A stretch of DNA of 39,179 bases from an uncultured Bacteroidales bacterium (GTDB lineage Bacteria > Bacteroidota > Bacteroidia > Bacteroidales > TTA-H9): assembly GCA_937981455.1 (NCBI GenBank), contig CALJNV010000128.1, positions 1-39,179 of the forward strand, written 5' to 3'. Positions 1 to 9,640 of this stretch are shown here, in pieces; the first letter of the stretch is position 1, and every line of letters starts with the position of its first letter. The notes below the pieces were generated by a model, which saw nothing but the letters and a program-made list of their open reading frames with translations, was not told the DNA's origin and did no database searches. The position numbers and the translations under genes are program-made.

Positions 1-611
1 ATGTGAATTCCTTCTGGAATTTTGAAGACATCGTCGGGAATATTTGCATCTTCTTCAATCTGAGTAGCCTGGCGCATCACTTGTCCATTCATTTCTACTT
101 TTAGAACCTGGTCTTTGTAAAGCCATTGTTTCAGGCCAAAAACTTCGAAAACCTTGCAATCTTTTCCCAAAAAGGTTTCATTGGGAAATATCGTTCCTCC
201 ATTTTGTTTCACAAACTCCTCGAGGTTTTTAAAATCAGGCTTTACAAACTGTCCCATGGCTTGAGCAATTTCTTTAAATTGTCCAATTTTCATTTTGGTG
301 CCTGTTTTGCTAATCAGGTCGATAGTATAAACCCAATCCCCCTCTTCAATCGTAAGCTGTTCTTCTTTTTGGTTCACTCCATAGCCTTTGGTTTCACTTT
401 GAGTTCGAATCGCTTTACGATTGTTTTTCTGGTCAATCCATTGGGTTTCATGGGCAGTGATTTCCATGCCTCCAAAGCTGGATTTTGTTTCGAATTCAAT
501 GCGAAGCGTGTTGAGCGATGGCGTTTGGTTTAGCTGCTTGTTACTTGAACGTTGGCAAGCACCCACCATGCTGACCACTAAAGCAATGCCTATAAACAAG
601 ATATTTCTCAT
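1..611 (-). CDS. Putative lipoprotein of unknown function; C-terminus lies beyond the window edge
   Basis: Not in the ORF track because it has no stop inside the window. Hand translation of the minus strand from ATG 611-609 stays open to position 3: MRNILFIGIALVVSMVGACQRSSNKQLNQTPSLNTLRIEFETK... It has a signal peptide plus lipobox (VGAC). The plus-strand ORF 126..533 is its antisense shadow. Confidence 0.6.
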   Translation of the reverse strand, partial: MRNILFIGIALVVSMVGACQRSSNKQLNQTPSLNTLRIEFETKSSFGGMEITAHETQWIDQKNNRKAIRTQSETKGYGVNQKEEQLTIEEGDWVYTIDLISKTGTKMKIGQFKEIAQAMGQFVKPDFKNLEEFVKQNGGTIFPNETFLGKDCKVFEVFGLKQWLYKDQVLKVEMNGQVMRQATQIEEDANIPDDVFKIPEGIH

Positions 612-723
612 AGGGTTGATTTTGAAAGGTTGATATTGCGAAGATAGAAAGTATTTTTGCCCTAATCAACATCGATTGTTAGGGGTAGGCGAAATTAAAA
701 TTTCGAAAATCATGGAGGCGGAG

Positions 724-1302
724 TTATTTTTTGGGATGATTTAAAAATGCCGCAGCAGCTTTTTCGAGTTTGTTATACCATTCTACTCCGTAACGCCTTA
801 TGAGGGGCTCTTTCAGGAATTGGTACAGGAGCAGTCTGGTGATACGCCCATTTTTTAATGCCGGTTTACAAATTTGCCATTTGTGGTAAATGAGGTTATC
901 GCCCGTAACACCTTTACCAACTCTGATTGGGTATAGATGACAGGATTCAGGTTTGCGGAAATGAGATTTTTTTTCGAAAAATGCTTGCTCGAGGGCACAT
1001 CTGGCAATATTTCCTTGGTAAAAAACGAAAGCACACTCCCGGCCATCTACCAAAGGGGTTACAAAATGTCCCATTTCGTCGTATTCAAAAACTCCTTGTT
1101 GTTGTATAGTCTCGATGCCTTTGGGGGTCATGTAAGGAATGGCAGCCTGCCAATTGTCCTCCAGTTCACCAATTTCTTCAGGTAGCAAAGGCGCGCCTGC
1201 ATCACCCTCCACGCAGCAGGCACCATAACATTTGTCGGTATCGCAAACAAAAAGTACCTGTAAAAGGTCTTCATTCACAATCACTCCATCGATGATGAGC
1301 AT
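724..1302 (-). CDS. DUF3109-like Cys-rich protein
   Basis: ORF 724..1320. The Cys-rich N-terminus FVCDTDKCYGACCVEGDAGAPLLPEE matches my memory of DUF3109 proteins of Bacteroidota. Start moved to ATG 1302 because a TAGTTTTG -7 box (1318-1325) overlaps the TTG at 1320. Confidence 0.65.
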   Translation of the reverse strand: MLIIDGVIVNEDLLQVLFVCDTDKCYGACCVEGDAGAPLLPEEIGELEDNWQAAIPYMTPKGIETIQQQGVFEYDEMGHFVTPLVDGRECAFVFYQGNIARCALEQAFFEKKSHFRKPESCHLYPIRVGKGVTGDNLIYHKWQICKPALKNGRITRLLLYQFLKEPLIRRYGVEWYNKLEKAAAAFLNHPKK

Positions 1303-1317
1303 GGCAAAAATTTGAGG

Positions 1318-1325
1318 CAAAACTA
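1318..1325 (-). promoter_or_regulatory. Bacteroidota -7 promoter box TAGTTTTG (DUF3109 gene)
   Basis: Exact match to TAnnTTTG on the minus strand, 15 nt upstream of ATG 1302. Confidence 0.45.
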
Positions 1326-1474
1326 AAGTTAATTCTTAGATATGCTCATTGTATTGTTTGCCTTTACGCAAAATGCAACAGCAGGGTGGAAGACGGTTGG
1401 GTGCATTACATATTTTAAAGGGTATGTTTTTGCTGATAAAAATTGGCAAACCGCATGGTATTTAAGTTTGTGAT

Positions 1475-2611
1475 TTAGCAACCTATATATCGTGAGATGA
1501 CCAGGCGTTGTATTTCGCTGGTACCTTCTCCGATTTGCAGCAAACGTTGGTCGCGGTAAAAACGTTCTATACCATAGGCTTTCATGAGCCCATAGCCACC
1601 ATGAATTTGTACTGCCTCGTCAGCTACAAATTTTGCTACCTCTGAGCAATAGAGTTTGGCCATGGCGGCTTCTTTGGCAAAAGGTTTTCCTTTGTCTTTA
1701 AGCCAGGTGGCTTTGTAAAGAAGAGCACGAGCGGCTTCTATCTGTGTAGCCATATCAGCCAATTTAAAAGCTATGGCTTGAAATTTGGCAATGGGCTTGC
1801 CAAATTGTTTTCTTTCCTGAGCATAAGCCAATGCCATTTCATAGGCACCCTGGGCTAGACCCAGTCCCATGGCTGCTATGGCGAGTCTTCCACTGTCGAG
1901 GGTTGAGAGCATGATGCGGCTGCCTTCCCCTTCTTTACCTAATAAGTTTTCGTAAGGTACTCGGCAGTCATTGAAAAAAAGCTGAGCTGTGTTGCTGGCT
2001 CTCCACATTAATTTTCCATGCATGGGTACAGCGCTGAAGCCGGGTGTTTGCTGAGGCACAATAATGGCCGATAATTCTCCGTTGCTGCCTGTTACGGCTT
2101 GCACAGTAGAACCCCATGTGATGCCTGTAGCTGCATTGGTTATGAATATCTTGCTGCCGTTGATTATCCATTGATTTCCCTCTCTTACGGCTCTGGTGCG
2201 GGTGCCCCGGGAGTCGCTTCCAGCTTCAGGTTCAGTAAGACCAAACCCCCACAATGCTTCACCGGTGCACAGTTTAGGCAAATAATGTCGTTTTTGTTCC
2301 TCTGTTCCATAGTTGTAAATGGGCCCTACACCCAGTGAATTGTGTGCCGCAAGGGTGGCCGCCTGCGAACTGTCGACGCGAGCCAGCTCTTCTACAGCGA
2401 TGATGTAGGATAGGTAATCCATGCCCTGCCCCCCATATTCAGGGGAAATTGTCATGCCAAAAAGCCCCAATTCCCCCATGCGACGGGTTAGCTCGTATGA
2501 AAATGTCTCTTTTTCATCGAGTTCTGCAGCTAAAGGTTTTATTTCGCGTTCGGCAAAGTCTCGCACTGTCTGCCGTATGAGATCGTGTTGTTCGTTGCAA
2601 AAAATGTCCAT
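1475..2611 (-). CDS. Acyl-CoA dehydrogenase, SCAD/MCAD-type catalytic Glu
   Basis: 378 aa with typical ACAD N-terminus (DFAEREIKPLAAELD), FAD/substrate region and C-terminal QIGEGTSEIQRLVISR carrying the canonical catalytic Glu. Last gene of the carboxylase operon. Confidence 0.9.
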   Translation of the reverse strand: MDIFCNEQHDLIRQTVRDFAEREIKPLAAELDEKETFSYELTRRMGELGLFGMTISPEYGGQGMDYLSYIIAVEELARVDSSQAATLAAHNSLGVGPIYNYGTEEQKRHYLPKLCTGEALWGFGLTEPEAGSDSRGTRTRAVREGNQWIINGSKIFITNAATGITWGSTVQAVTGSNGELSAIIVPQQTPGFSAVPMHGKLMWRASNTAQLFFNDCRVPYENLLGKEGEGSRIMLSTLDSGRLAIAAMGLGLAQGAYEMALAYAQERKQFGKPIAKFQAIAFKLADMATQIEAARALLYKATWLKDKGKPFAKEAAMAKLYCSEVAKFVADEAVQIHGGYGLMKAYGIERFYRDQRLLQIGEGTSEIQRLVISRYIGC

Positions 2612-2622
2612 AAAATACTTTT

Positions 2623-4422
2623 TTAATCTTTTGATAGTAAATCGTCCGGGATATCAACTTCGACATTCAAGAGTGCTTGGGCGAAGGTTTTGCCCTGAGG
2701 GTCAGCCATCAACGAGCGGGTTCCCCCTCCATCCAGTGACTCCTCGAGTAAAAAGTTTAATCCCAATAGGTTGTCAAGTTCATACCTTGTAACTTTTCCA
2801 TGACAAACGCCCTTGAATAAATATTTAACAAATGAAGCGGTAATGTGTTGCTTAATCCATTTATAAATTGCGGGGGAACGAGCCAATAAACCTATATTGG
2901 CCGTGTCTCCCTTATCACCAGACCGGGCCAAACATATTTGGTAAAGCTTCACTCTGTTTTTCCCGTCAAATGGAATGGGGATTCCCTCAGTGGCAAATTG
3001 TTGGGTATTATCGTTTGGCTCTACGAATGGTTCCTCCACACCTGTTATTGAAGGAATACGCGTTTCTTCTATTGGATCTCCTTGCCAATTGAGCAAAACC
3101 GTTTGAGCCGTAACTTTTTCTTTTGGAATAAGGGCGGGCCAATAGCTTAAAACAGTCTTAATGTGAGGCCTTCCTCCGGTAACAGCTACTCCCGGCGGAC
3201 CACTCAAGATCAGTGGAGCTATGGATTTAGCAAATATTTCGTGTTTTTTTAAATCTTCGTCGTAAATGCTGAAAGTCAGGAGAATTTCATTGGGATCGAT
3301 AGGGGCAGCCAGGTCGAGGTGGCAAGAGTTATACCCTTGATAGTTTGTATTTTTTTTTTGAAATTCTAAGCCAAGTCGATCCCAAAAGATGGAAGCAAAG
3401 GTTTGGGCTTTGAGGAGGGCCTCAGGTGCACTGATGATGACGCTTCCCGAAGAGACATATCCTTCTTGAAAGGCCATTGAGACTTTGAGAAATGGTGTGG
3501 GTGCAGATCCTTTTACGCCATATACTCTTACGCGGTCAGTGCCTTGTTCTTCGAGTTGTATGGTGCGAAAATCGGCTACAACATCGGGACTGATATATGC
3601 AGCGGGATTTCCCATTTCGTAAAACAATTGTTCGCGAACTGTGTCACTATTTACCAACCCCCCTGTATTGGGATGGCGCGTTACTACAAAACTTCCATCG
3701 GGCTCCACCTCAATGATAGGGTAAGCCATGTTTTTCCAGTTGGTAACTTTTTTCCAGTCAGTATAGTTTCCGCCTGAAGCCTGGGCTCCACATTCAATGA
3801 TATGACCAGCTACCAAAGCAGCTGCTATCTTGTCGAAATCACCAGGTTGCCAACCAAACTCATAAGCCATGGGGGCCATGGTTATCGAAGTATCGGTTAC
3901 CCGTCCGGCAATCACAATATCGGCTCCCATTTCGAGCGCTTTCACCAAAGGCCACATGCCAATGTAAGCATTGGCACTTTGAATCTTATTTTCTACATCC
4001 TCAAAAGATTTACCTGTTTCCATGTTGCGAAACGAGACGCCTTCCTCTTTCATTCGCATAATATCAGACATAATGTTGTCGCCCAATACAACAGCTACTT
4101 TTAAAGGAAGGTTTTTCTCTTTGAGGATGCGAGCAACCTGCCGACCGCACTCCAGGGGATTCATTCCTCCAGCATTGGTCAAAACCTTTACGCCTCGCCG
4201 GTGTATTTCTTCGGCATTTTGGTTGATGATGTGTATGAAGTCGGTAACATACCCTGCCTGAGAATTTTTAAGCTGCTGCTTACGTAAAATGCTCATGGTG
4301 ATTTCAGCCAAAAAATCGATGCTTATATAATCGAGTGGACCTCCCATGAGTTGCCGACGAAAGGCGTTTAAATCATCGCCCCAGAACCCACCGGCATTAC
4401 CTATACGAATGATTGATTTCAT
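2623..4422 (-). CDS. AtuA-like protein (DUF1446 with C-terminal DUF4387-like extension)
   Basis: 599 aa. The N-terminus IRIGNAGGFWGDDLNAFRRQLMGGPLDYISIDFLAEITMSIL matches the DUF1446/AtuA pattern. The C-terminal ~100 aa contain ARSGDKGDTANIG. 4-nt ATGA overlap with the upstream biotin carboxylase gene. Confidence 0.8.
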   Translation of the reverse strand: MKSIIRIGNAGGFWGDDLNAFRRQLMGGPLDYISIDFLAEITMSILRKQQLKNSQAGYVTDFIHIINQNAEEIHRRGVKVLTNAGGMNPLECGRQVARILKEKNLPLKVAVVLGDNIMSDIMRMKEEGVSFRNMETGKSFEDVENKIQSANAYIGMWPLVKALEMGADIVIAGRVTDTSITMAPMAYEFGWQPGDFDKIAAALVAGHIIECGAQASGGNYTDWKKVTNWKNMAYPIIEVEPDGSFVVTRHPNTGGLVNSDTVREQLFYEMGNPAAYISPDVVADFRTIQLEEQGTDRVRVYGVKGSAPTPFLKVSMAFQEGYVSSGSVIISAPEALLKAQTFASIFWDRLGLEFQKKNTNYQGYNSCHLDLAAPIDPNEILLTFSIYDEDLKKHEIFAKSIAPLILSGPPGVAVTGGRPHIKTVLSYWPALIPKEKVTAQTVLLNWQGDPIEETRIPSITGVEEPFVEPNDNTQQFATEGIPIPFDGKNRVKLYQICLARSGDKGDTANIGLLARSPAIYKWIKQHITASFVKYLFKGVCHGKVTRYELDNLLGLNFLLEESLDGGGTRSLMADPQGKTFAQALLNVEVDIPDDLLSKD

Positions 4423-6419
4423 ATTTCCTGGTTTTTTTTAAGTTCTATTAAAATTCGACCCGTTTCAGCCATTTCCCCTTCCTTTATATGTAGGGCATTA
4501 ACCCTGCCTTCAAATGGGGCTTTTAGGGTGTTTTCCATCTTCATCGATTCAATCACCAATAATGGTGTACCTTCGGTTACCCATTCATTTTCTTTAACCA
4601 TGATTTTGTTTATTCTTCCCGGCATCGGTGAAATGATTTTCCCTGGGTCCGATCCTGAACCTGTTGCACCAAGGGATTCGTAGAATTCTTGCATGGGTAG
4701 AATATCAGCTCTGTAACAGTGGAAATTGAATCCATTGTATGAGAGAACTACACTTCCATCGGGGGCCTCACCCACCACAATATTCACCTGATGTCCATCA
4801 ATACAAAAGTTCAGATAAGGCAATCGCTGATTTCTTAATTCTACTTCTAACGTTTCGTTTTGCACCGTAAAGTTTAATTTTCCATCTTTTAGAGAAAGGA
4901 TATCAACATCAAACGATTGCGCTTCTATGCCTAAACGAAGCCTGGGTAAGAGTCGCCAATATCCGATGGAAGACCATACCCCATGGTCAGCAAATTTTTT
5001 ACCCAGGGTATAAAGTAAAAATCCGGCCAGTAAAATTCTACGATCTGCTTTGCTTCGCTCATCCTGAGTTTTTTTATTGATTGCATCTAAATTTTCCGAG
5101 ATAAAATGGGTAGAAATTTGATTGGATTGAAAAGCAGGGTGGTTGATGAGTTGAATAAGGAAAGGCAGGTTGGTTTTGATGCCCTGGAGGATACAAGAGC
5201 GCAAGGCGAGATTCATTCGATGTATGGCTGTATCGCGGTCAGGTCCATGAACTATAAGTTTTGCTATCATGGGATCGAAAAAAGTCTCTACCCGACCAGG
5301 ACCCTCATAAGCACTATCGATTCTGACATTGAGATTTGAAGGGAATTTTAACAGGTGAATATCTCCGGGCGAGGGTAAAAATTCTTTTTCTGGGTCTTCG
5401 GCGTATATTCGGCATTCAATGCTATGACCCTGCAATGGTGCATTGAAACACGTATCAGTCAGAGGATATCCTGCAGCAATGCGTATTTGTTCTTCCACAA
5501 TGTCGAGGCCAGTTATCATTTCTGTAACAGGATGTTCTACCTGAATACGTGTATTCATCTCGAGGAAATAGAATTTTTGCGTATCATCTAAAAGGAATTC
5601 GAGTGTACCTGCGCCTACGTAGCCGATAGACCGAGCCAATGCAATCGCTGCTGAAGTAATTCTGGCTCTTACATCTGACGTGAGGGTAGGGGAGGGAGCT
5701 TCTTCAATAACTTTTTGAAAGCGACGTTGCAAGGTGCATTCTCTTTCCCATAGGTGAGCCACATGGCCCTGCTGATCAGCTATCACCTGAACCTCTATAT
5801 GGCGAGGGTTTTCTATGTATTGTTCTAGATAAACGGTTCCGTCGCCAAATGCTGAGGCCGCTTCACGGGAGGTAGTTTCCAGGAGTTGTACAAGTTCATT
5901 TTTATTGCGAGCTATACGCATGCCTTTGCCTCCTCCACCGGCCGCAGCCTTGATAAGAACGGGCCAGGGCATCTGTTCGGCTTTACTTAAAAGCTCTTCG
6001 GAGGTGCCTGTAAAACCAAGGGTTACGGGAAGGCCGGCATCTATCGCCAGTTTTCGTGCTTCTATTTTGTTCCCCATCATGTGAATGACGCTGGGGGAGG
6101 GTCCAATAAAAACAATCCCTTCCTTCTCACATGCTGAAGCAAAAGAAGAGTTTTCACTTAAAAAGCCATAACCCGGATGAATGGCCTCTGCCCCTGCACG
6201 TTTGGCTATGTCAATAATTGCGGGAATGTTCAGGTAGGTTTCAGATAGATTACCCTTTCCCAGGTACCAGGCTTCATCGGCCAGGGAGACATGCAGGGAC
6301 TTTCTGTCGGCATGGGAATATATAGCTACAGTAGGGATACCTAATCTTTGAGCCGTGCGCTGTATTCGAAGGGCTATCTCTCCTCTGTTTGCAATTAATA
6401 TTTTGTTAAACAATTTCAT
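4419..6419 (-). CDS. Acyl-CoA carboxylase alpha subunit (biotin carboxylase plus biotin carrier domain), methylcrotonyl/geranyl-CoA carboxylase type
   Basis: 666 aa with ATP-grasp biotin carboxylase motifs (KILIANRGEIA, AAAGGGGKGMR, EMNTRIQVEHPVTE) and a C-terminal biotinylation motif VIESMKMEN. Confidence 0.92.
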   Translation of the reverse strand: MKLFNKILIANRGEIALRIQRTAQRLGIPTVAIYSHADRKSLHVSLADEAWYLGKGNLSETYLNIPAIIDIAKRAGAEAIHPGYGFLSENSSFASACEKEGIVFIGPSPSVIHMMGNKIEARKLAIDAGLPVTLGFTGTSEELLSKAEQMPWPVLIKAAAGGGGKGMRIARNKNELVQLLETTSREAASAFGDGTVYLEQYIENPRHIEVQVIADQQGHVAHLWERECTLQRRFQKVIEEAPSPTLTSDVRARITSAAIALARSIGYVGAGTLEFLLDDTQKFYFLEMNTRIQVEHPVTEMITGLDIVEEQIRIAAGYPLTDTCFNAPLQGHSIECRIYAEDPEKEFLPSPGDIHLLKFPSNLNVRIDSAYEGPGRVETFFDPMIAKLIVHGPDRDTAIHRMNLALRSCILQGIKTNLPFLIQLINHPAFQSNQISTHFISENLDAINKKTQDERSKADRRILLAGFLLYTLGKKFADHGVWSSIGYWRLLPRLRLGIEAQSFDVDILSLKDGKLNFTVQNETLEVELRNQRLPYLNFCIDGHQVNIVVGEAPDGSVVLSYNGFNFHCYRADILPMQEFYESLGATGSGSDPGKIISPMPGRINKIMVKENEWVTEGTPLLVIESMKMENTLKAPFEGRVNALHIKEGEMAETGRILIELKKNQEI

Positions 6420-7225
6420 GCTTTTGGTGAATTTTCAGACCATTGGTAATACCATTTGGGTTTGCGCTTTTCCAGGAAAGAATTTAAGCCTTCCTGTCCG
6501 TCTTCTGAGGATCGGGCCCGAGCAATATACTCTGCTGATAGCCGTTGTGCTTGCTCAGGTTCATCATGTAAAACAAGCATATCATCAATAAGGTTTTTGC
6601 AGGCAGTGAGGGCTTGAGGTGAGGCGCTCAAGAGGTGTTGAATGACGGTTGTGAGGGTGCTTTCGGGTGCAGATTGCGGTTCAACATATTGTATGAGTCC
6701 TGCAGCCAATGCCTCTGAGGTAAAGAAGCTGCGGCCTGTAAGCATCCAATCCCTTACCTGCCCGTGTTGAGCTTTGCGAAGGACAAATGGTGAAATCACC
6801 CCCGGAACCAATCCCAAACGGGTTTCGGAAAAGGAGAATCGGCTCCCTTCCACAGCTATGGCAATATCGGCAGCTGCAACAATACCATTGGCACCCCCCA
6901 AAATATAATTGTGAACGTATGCAATAACGGGTAATGCACAAGAACTAAGGCTGTAAAAAAGTGAGCCCAGTCTGCGGGCATCTTGAAAGTTTTCATCAAA
7001 TCCCTGGTTTCCCAGTTTTTTCATGTAGTTTAGATCAGCTCCTGCACAAAATCCATCGCCCCGCCCTCGTATTACCAATACTCTGGTTCCTTTGTTATTG
7101 TTAAGCGATTGAATCGCTTCAAAAAGTTCAGCAATCATTTCTTCGTTCAATGCATTTTTGGTTTCTGGACGATTGAACCAGAGGGTGGCAACAGGGCCTT
7201 TAATTTCTTTTTCTATGAAAGCCAT
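6416..7225 (-). CDS. Enoyl-CoA hydratase/isomerase family (methylglutaconyl- or isohexenylglutaconyl-CoA hydratase-like)
   Basis: 269 aa crotonase fold: NRPETKNALN, FCAGADL oxyanion region, ETRLGLVPG. 4-nt overlap with the downstream alpha-subunit gene. Confidence 0.85.
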   Translation of the reverse strand: MAFIEKEIKGPVATLWFNRPETKNALNEEMIAELFEAIQSLNNNKGTRVLVIRGRGDGFCAGADLNYMKKLGNQGFDENFQDARRLGSLFYSLSSCALPVIAYVHNYILGGANGIVAAADIAIAVEGSRFSFSETRLGLVPGVISPFVLRKAQHGQVRDWMLTGRSFFTSEALAAGLIQYVEPQSAPESTLTTVIQHLLSASPQALTACKNLIDDMLVLHDEPEQAQRLSAEYIARARSSEDGQEGLNSFLEKRKPKWYYQWSENSPKA

Positions 7226-7243
7226 AATTTTAAAATTTAATTT

Positions 7244-8851
7244 TTACATTCGGAAAACACCATAGGTGGGGTCTTCAAAAGGTCGATTGAGCGACATAGA
7301 AATACCCATGGCCAGGATTCGTCGGGTTTCCACCGGATCTATAATTCCATCATCCCAAAGACGTGCTGTACTGTACCAGGCTGATCCTTCCGCTTCATAT
7401 TTTTCGAGAATGGATGTGCGTAAGGCCTCACGTTCTTCGTTACTGAGGGTTTGACCCATGCTTCGCAATTGTTCTTCTTTGACCTGTATGAGTACACTGG
7501 CTGCCTGTTCGCCTCCCATCACTGAAATTTTAGCTGCTGGCCACATAAATAATAATCTTGGATCGTAAGCGCGCCCAGCCATTGCATAATTGCCTGCTCC
7601 AAACGAGCCTCCAAAAATAACCGTGAACATGGGAACTCGGGCATTGGCCACTGCATGCACCAGTTTGGCCCCATCACGGGCTATCCCTCTGTGTTCATAT
7701 TCCCTTCCAACAATGAAACCCGTTATGTTTTGTAAAAAAATGATAGGGATTTTTCTTGCTCCACACAATTCAATGAAATGGGCTCCTTTAAGACTGGTTT
7801 CAGGGAAAAAGACACCATTGTTGGCCAGTACTCCTACAGGAAAACCCATAATACGTGCGAAACCGGTTACCAGCGTTGAAGCATAAGAGGCTTTAAACTC
7901 GTGGAAACGACTTCCATCTACCATTCGCGCAATAATTTCGCGAGAGTCCACAGGTTTTCTGAAATCTATAGGGGCCAATCCATAAAGTTCCTCCGGGTCA
8001 TAGTAAGGCTCTTCTGGGGATGCTATATCCAGCACTTGGCGCTGGGGCCGGGCTAAAGATTCGAAAATGTTGCGACAAATTTGAATGGCATGGTGGTCAT
8101 TATCGGCCAGGTGGTCGGCTACACCCGATATAGTAGTATGAACAACGGCCCCACCCAATTCTTCAGCACTTACTTCTTCCCCGGTGGCGGCCTTTACTAA
8201 AGGAGGTCCACCTATGAAAATCGTTCCTTGGTTGCGAACAATTATGGTTTCATCGCACATTGCAGGAACATACGCTCCCCCTGCAGTGCAACTTCCCATA
8301 ACTATGGCTATCTGGGGAAGCCCCATGGCCGACATCCGTGCCTGGTTATAAAAAAAACGACCAAAATCGAAGCGATCAGGAAATACATTGGCCTGCTCGG
8401 GTAAGAAAACACCGCCACTGTCAACCATGTATACTACAGGTAAATGGTTTTGTAGGGCGATCTCTTGCGCTCGAACGTGCTTCTTGATGGTTTCTTTTAC
8501 ATAGGTTCCCCCTTTTACCGTTGCGTCATTGGCCACTATTACCGTCTCGCGACCCTGAATCACTCCTATTCCTGTAACAATGCCCGCTGAAGGAAATTGG
8601 TTTTCGTACATTCCCCAGGCAGCATGAGGGGAAAGTTCAAGAAATGGTGTATTGGGATCTGTGAGTAAATCTATTCGTTCTCGTGCCAATAATTTGCCCC
8701 GGTTTTTGTGCAGTTGAACCGCTTTTGGGGAGCCTCCCTGCAATACTTGCAAGAGCCTTGCATGGTAAGTCTCCATGATCGCTTTGTAGGCTGCTGCATT
8801 TTCTTGAAAGCTTTTGTCGGAAGTATTGATCTGACTTTTGATTCTATACAC
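7244..8851 (-). CDS. Acyl-CoA carboxylase beta subunit (carboxyltransferase), methylcrotonyl/geranyl-CoA carboxylase type
   Basis: 535 aa with strong resemblance to MCCC2/AtuC-type carboxyltransferases ([13 protein letters not shown]..., [35 protein letters not shown]). Uses a GTG start; no in-frame ATG lies upstream. Confidence 0.92.
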   Translation of the reverse strand: MYRIKSQINTSDKSFQENAAAYKAIMETYHARLLQVLQGGSPKAVQLHKNRGKLLARERIDLLTDPNTPFLELSPHAAWGMYENQFPSAGIVTGIGVIQGRETVIVANDATVKGGTYVKETIKKHVRAQEIALQNHLPVVYMVDSGGVFLPEQANVFPDRFDFGRFFYNQARMSAMGLPQIAIVMGSCTAGGAYVPAMCDETIIVRNQGTIFIGGPPLVKAATGEEVSAEELGGAVVHTTISGVADHLADNDHHAIQICRNIFESLARPQRQVLDIASPEEPYYDPEELYGLAPIDFRKPVDSREIIARMVDGSRFHEFKASYASTLVTGFARIMGFPVGVLANNGVFFPETSLKGAHFIELCGARKIPIIFLQNITGFIVGREYEHRGIARDGAKLVHAVANARVPMFTVIFGGSFGAGNYAMAGRAYDPRLLFMWPAAKISVMGGEQAASVLIQVKEEQLRSMGQTLSNEEREALRTSILEKYEAEGSAWYSTARLWDDGIIDPVETRRILAMGISMSLNRPFEDPTYGVFRM

Positions 8852-9068
8852 GTTAGGAATTTTTGGATTACCAAATTAACACATTAATTAACAATATAAA
8901 TCTTTGCATTGTTTGAAGTTAGCGCTTCATTTTATTAAAGGAATGGTAAAAATTTACTCTATGGTTGAATCCCCCTGCGCTGGTTTTGTGTGCATAGTGT
9001 CTGAAATTTTGCTAAAAAAACTTTGAGATTCATGCAACAGGCTCTACTCGTTAGAAAAAATTTTTTGA

Positions 9069-9640
9069 ATGGGCATTGAAAACTGTAGAGATTGCCGCAA
9101 TGACATATGTTCGTTTTATGGCTTTCCTTGCTTTAATGAAAAGAAGCTGAGTTTAACCCCCAAAGTTTATCGCAATATTTTATCCTTCACCTCCTCATTC
9201 CTATGATCCAATGAGAGGGGAGGATTGTAGTGAGTCGATTATGACCTATAGCGACTTCATTTGCTCTCAACGCTTACGGATTACCCAACCAGGTTGAAAA
9301 ATTACTGTGTGGGGTCGTTTCTCCTTAAGCATTTCATTGGAGAGCTTTTCAAACTTTTTGTTAAAATTAAGTGATCGCAAAGTGAAGTCTTTTAGCTTTC
9401 CTTGCAGCCCTTCATCAATTTGTTTCTATGCTTCTTGCATATGCGATGGATGCAGCTCCTACAGGGCGGGCAAAACCGTTTTTAAAAATTTTATTTTTAA
9501 AATAGAAGGAAACTGTGCCTTGTTTGGAGGAAAAAATTTCGAGGAGGCCACCGTGGCGACGCATTGTACGCATTTTAATTACACATCCGGGGTATTCAAG
9601 GATCAATCTGCAAGGTCTTCGATTTACGATTGATTGTTTT
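9069..9640 (+). pseudogene. Decayed Crp/Fnr-family transcriptional regulator (multiple frameshifts and stops)
   Basis: Hand translation in three plus frames gives consecutive pieces that follow Crp/Fnr order. Frame 0 from ATG 9069: MGIENCRDCRNDICSFYGFPCFNEKKLSL (FNR-like Cys cluster). Frame 1: YDPMRGEDCSESIMTYSDFICSQRLRITQPG (cNMP-binding beta-roll, GE..., FIxSxxxxI). Frame 2: VEKLLCGVVSP. Frame 0: KHFIGELFKLF (G-E-L motif). Frame 0: SEVF*LSLQPFINLF...MQLLQ. Frame 2: LEEKISRRPPWRRIVRILITHPGYSRINLQGLRFTID (HTH-like, ...VxRIL...G.I....I.I.D). At least 4 frame changes and 2 in-frame stops are needed. Confidence 0.4.

Noticed and set aside
126-533. 135-aa plus-strand ORF (and 421..633) at the window start
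   Set aside because: It starts at TTG and has low-complexity Phe/Leu-rich composition. It lies exactly antisense to a much better minus-strand lipoprotein frame that stays open from ATG 611 to the window edge.
660-685. Imperfect hairpin CCCTAATCAA-catcga-TTGTTAGGG between the DUF3109 and lipoprotein genes
   Set aside because: I considered it as a terminator, but on the transcribed (minus) strand it is followed by an A-run rather than a U-run, and the stem has a bulge. The nearby CGAAATT-aa-AATTTCG palindrome has a 2-nt loop and cannot form a stable RNA hairpin.
9270-9606. Minus-strand reading of the 8852-9595 gap (ORF 9415..9606 plus a downstream frame IDEGLQGKLKDFTLRSLNFNKKFEKLSNEMLKEKRP)
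   Set aside because: I first considered this a frameshifted minus-strand gene, but no family pattern emerged. The plus-strand frames give an ordered Crp/Fnr-like series instead. ORFs 9307..9633 and 9515..9796 are treated as frames of that pseudogene, not as genes.
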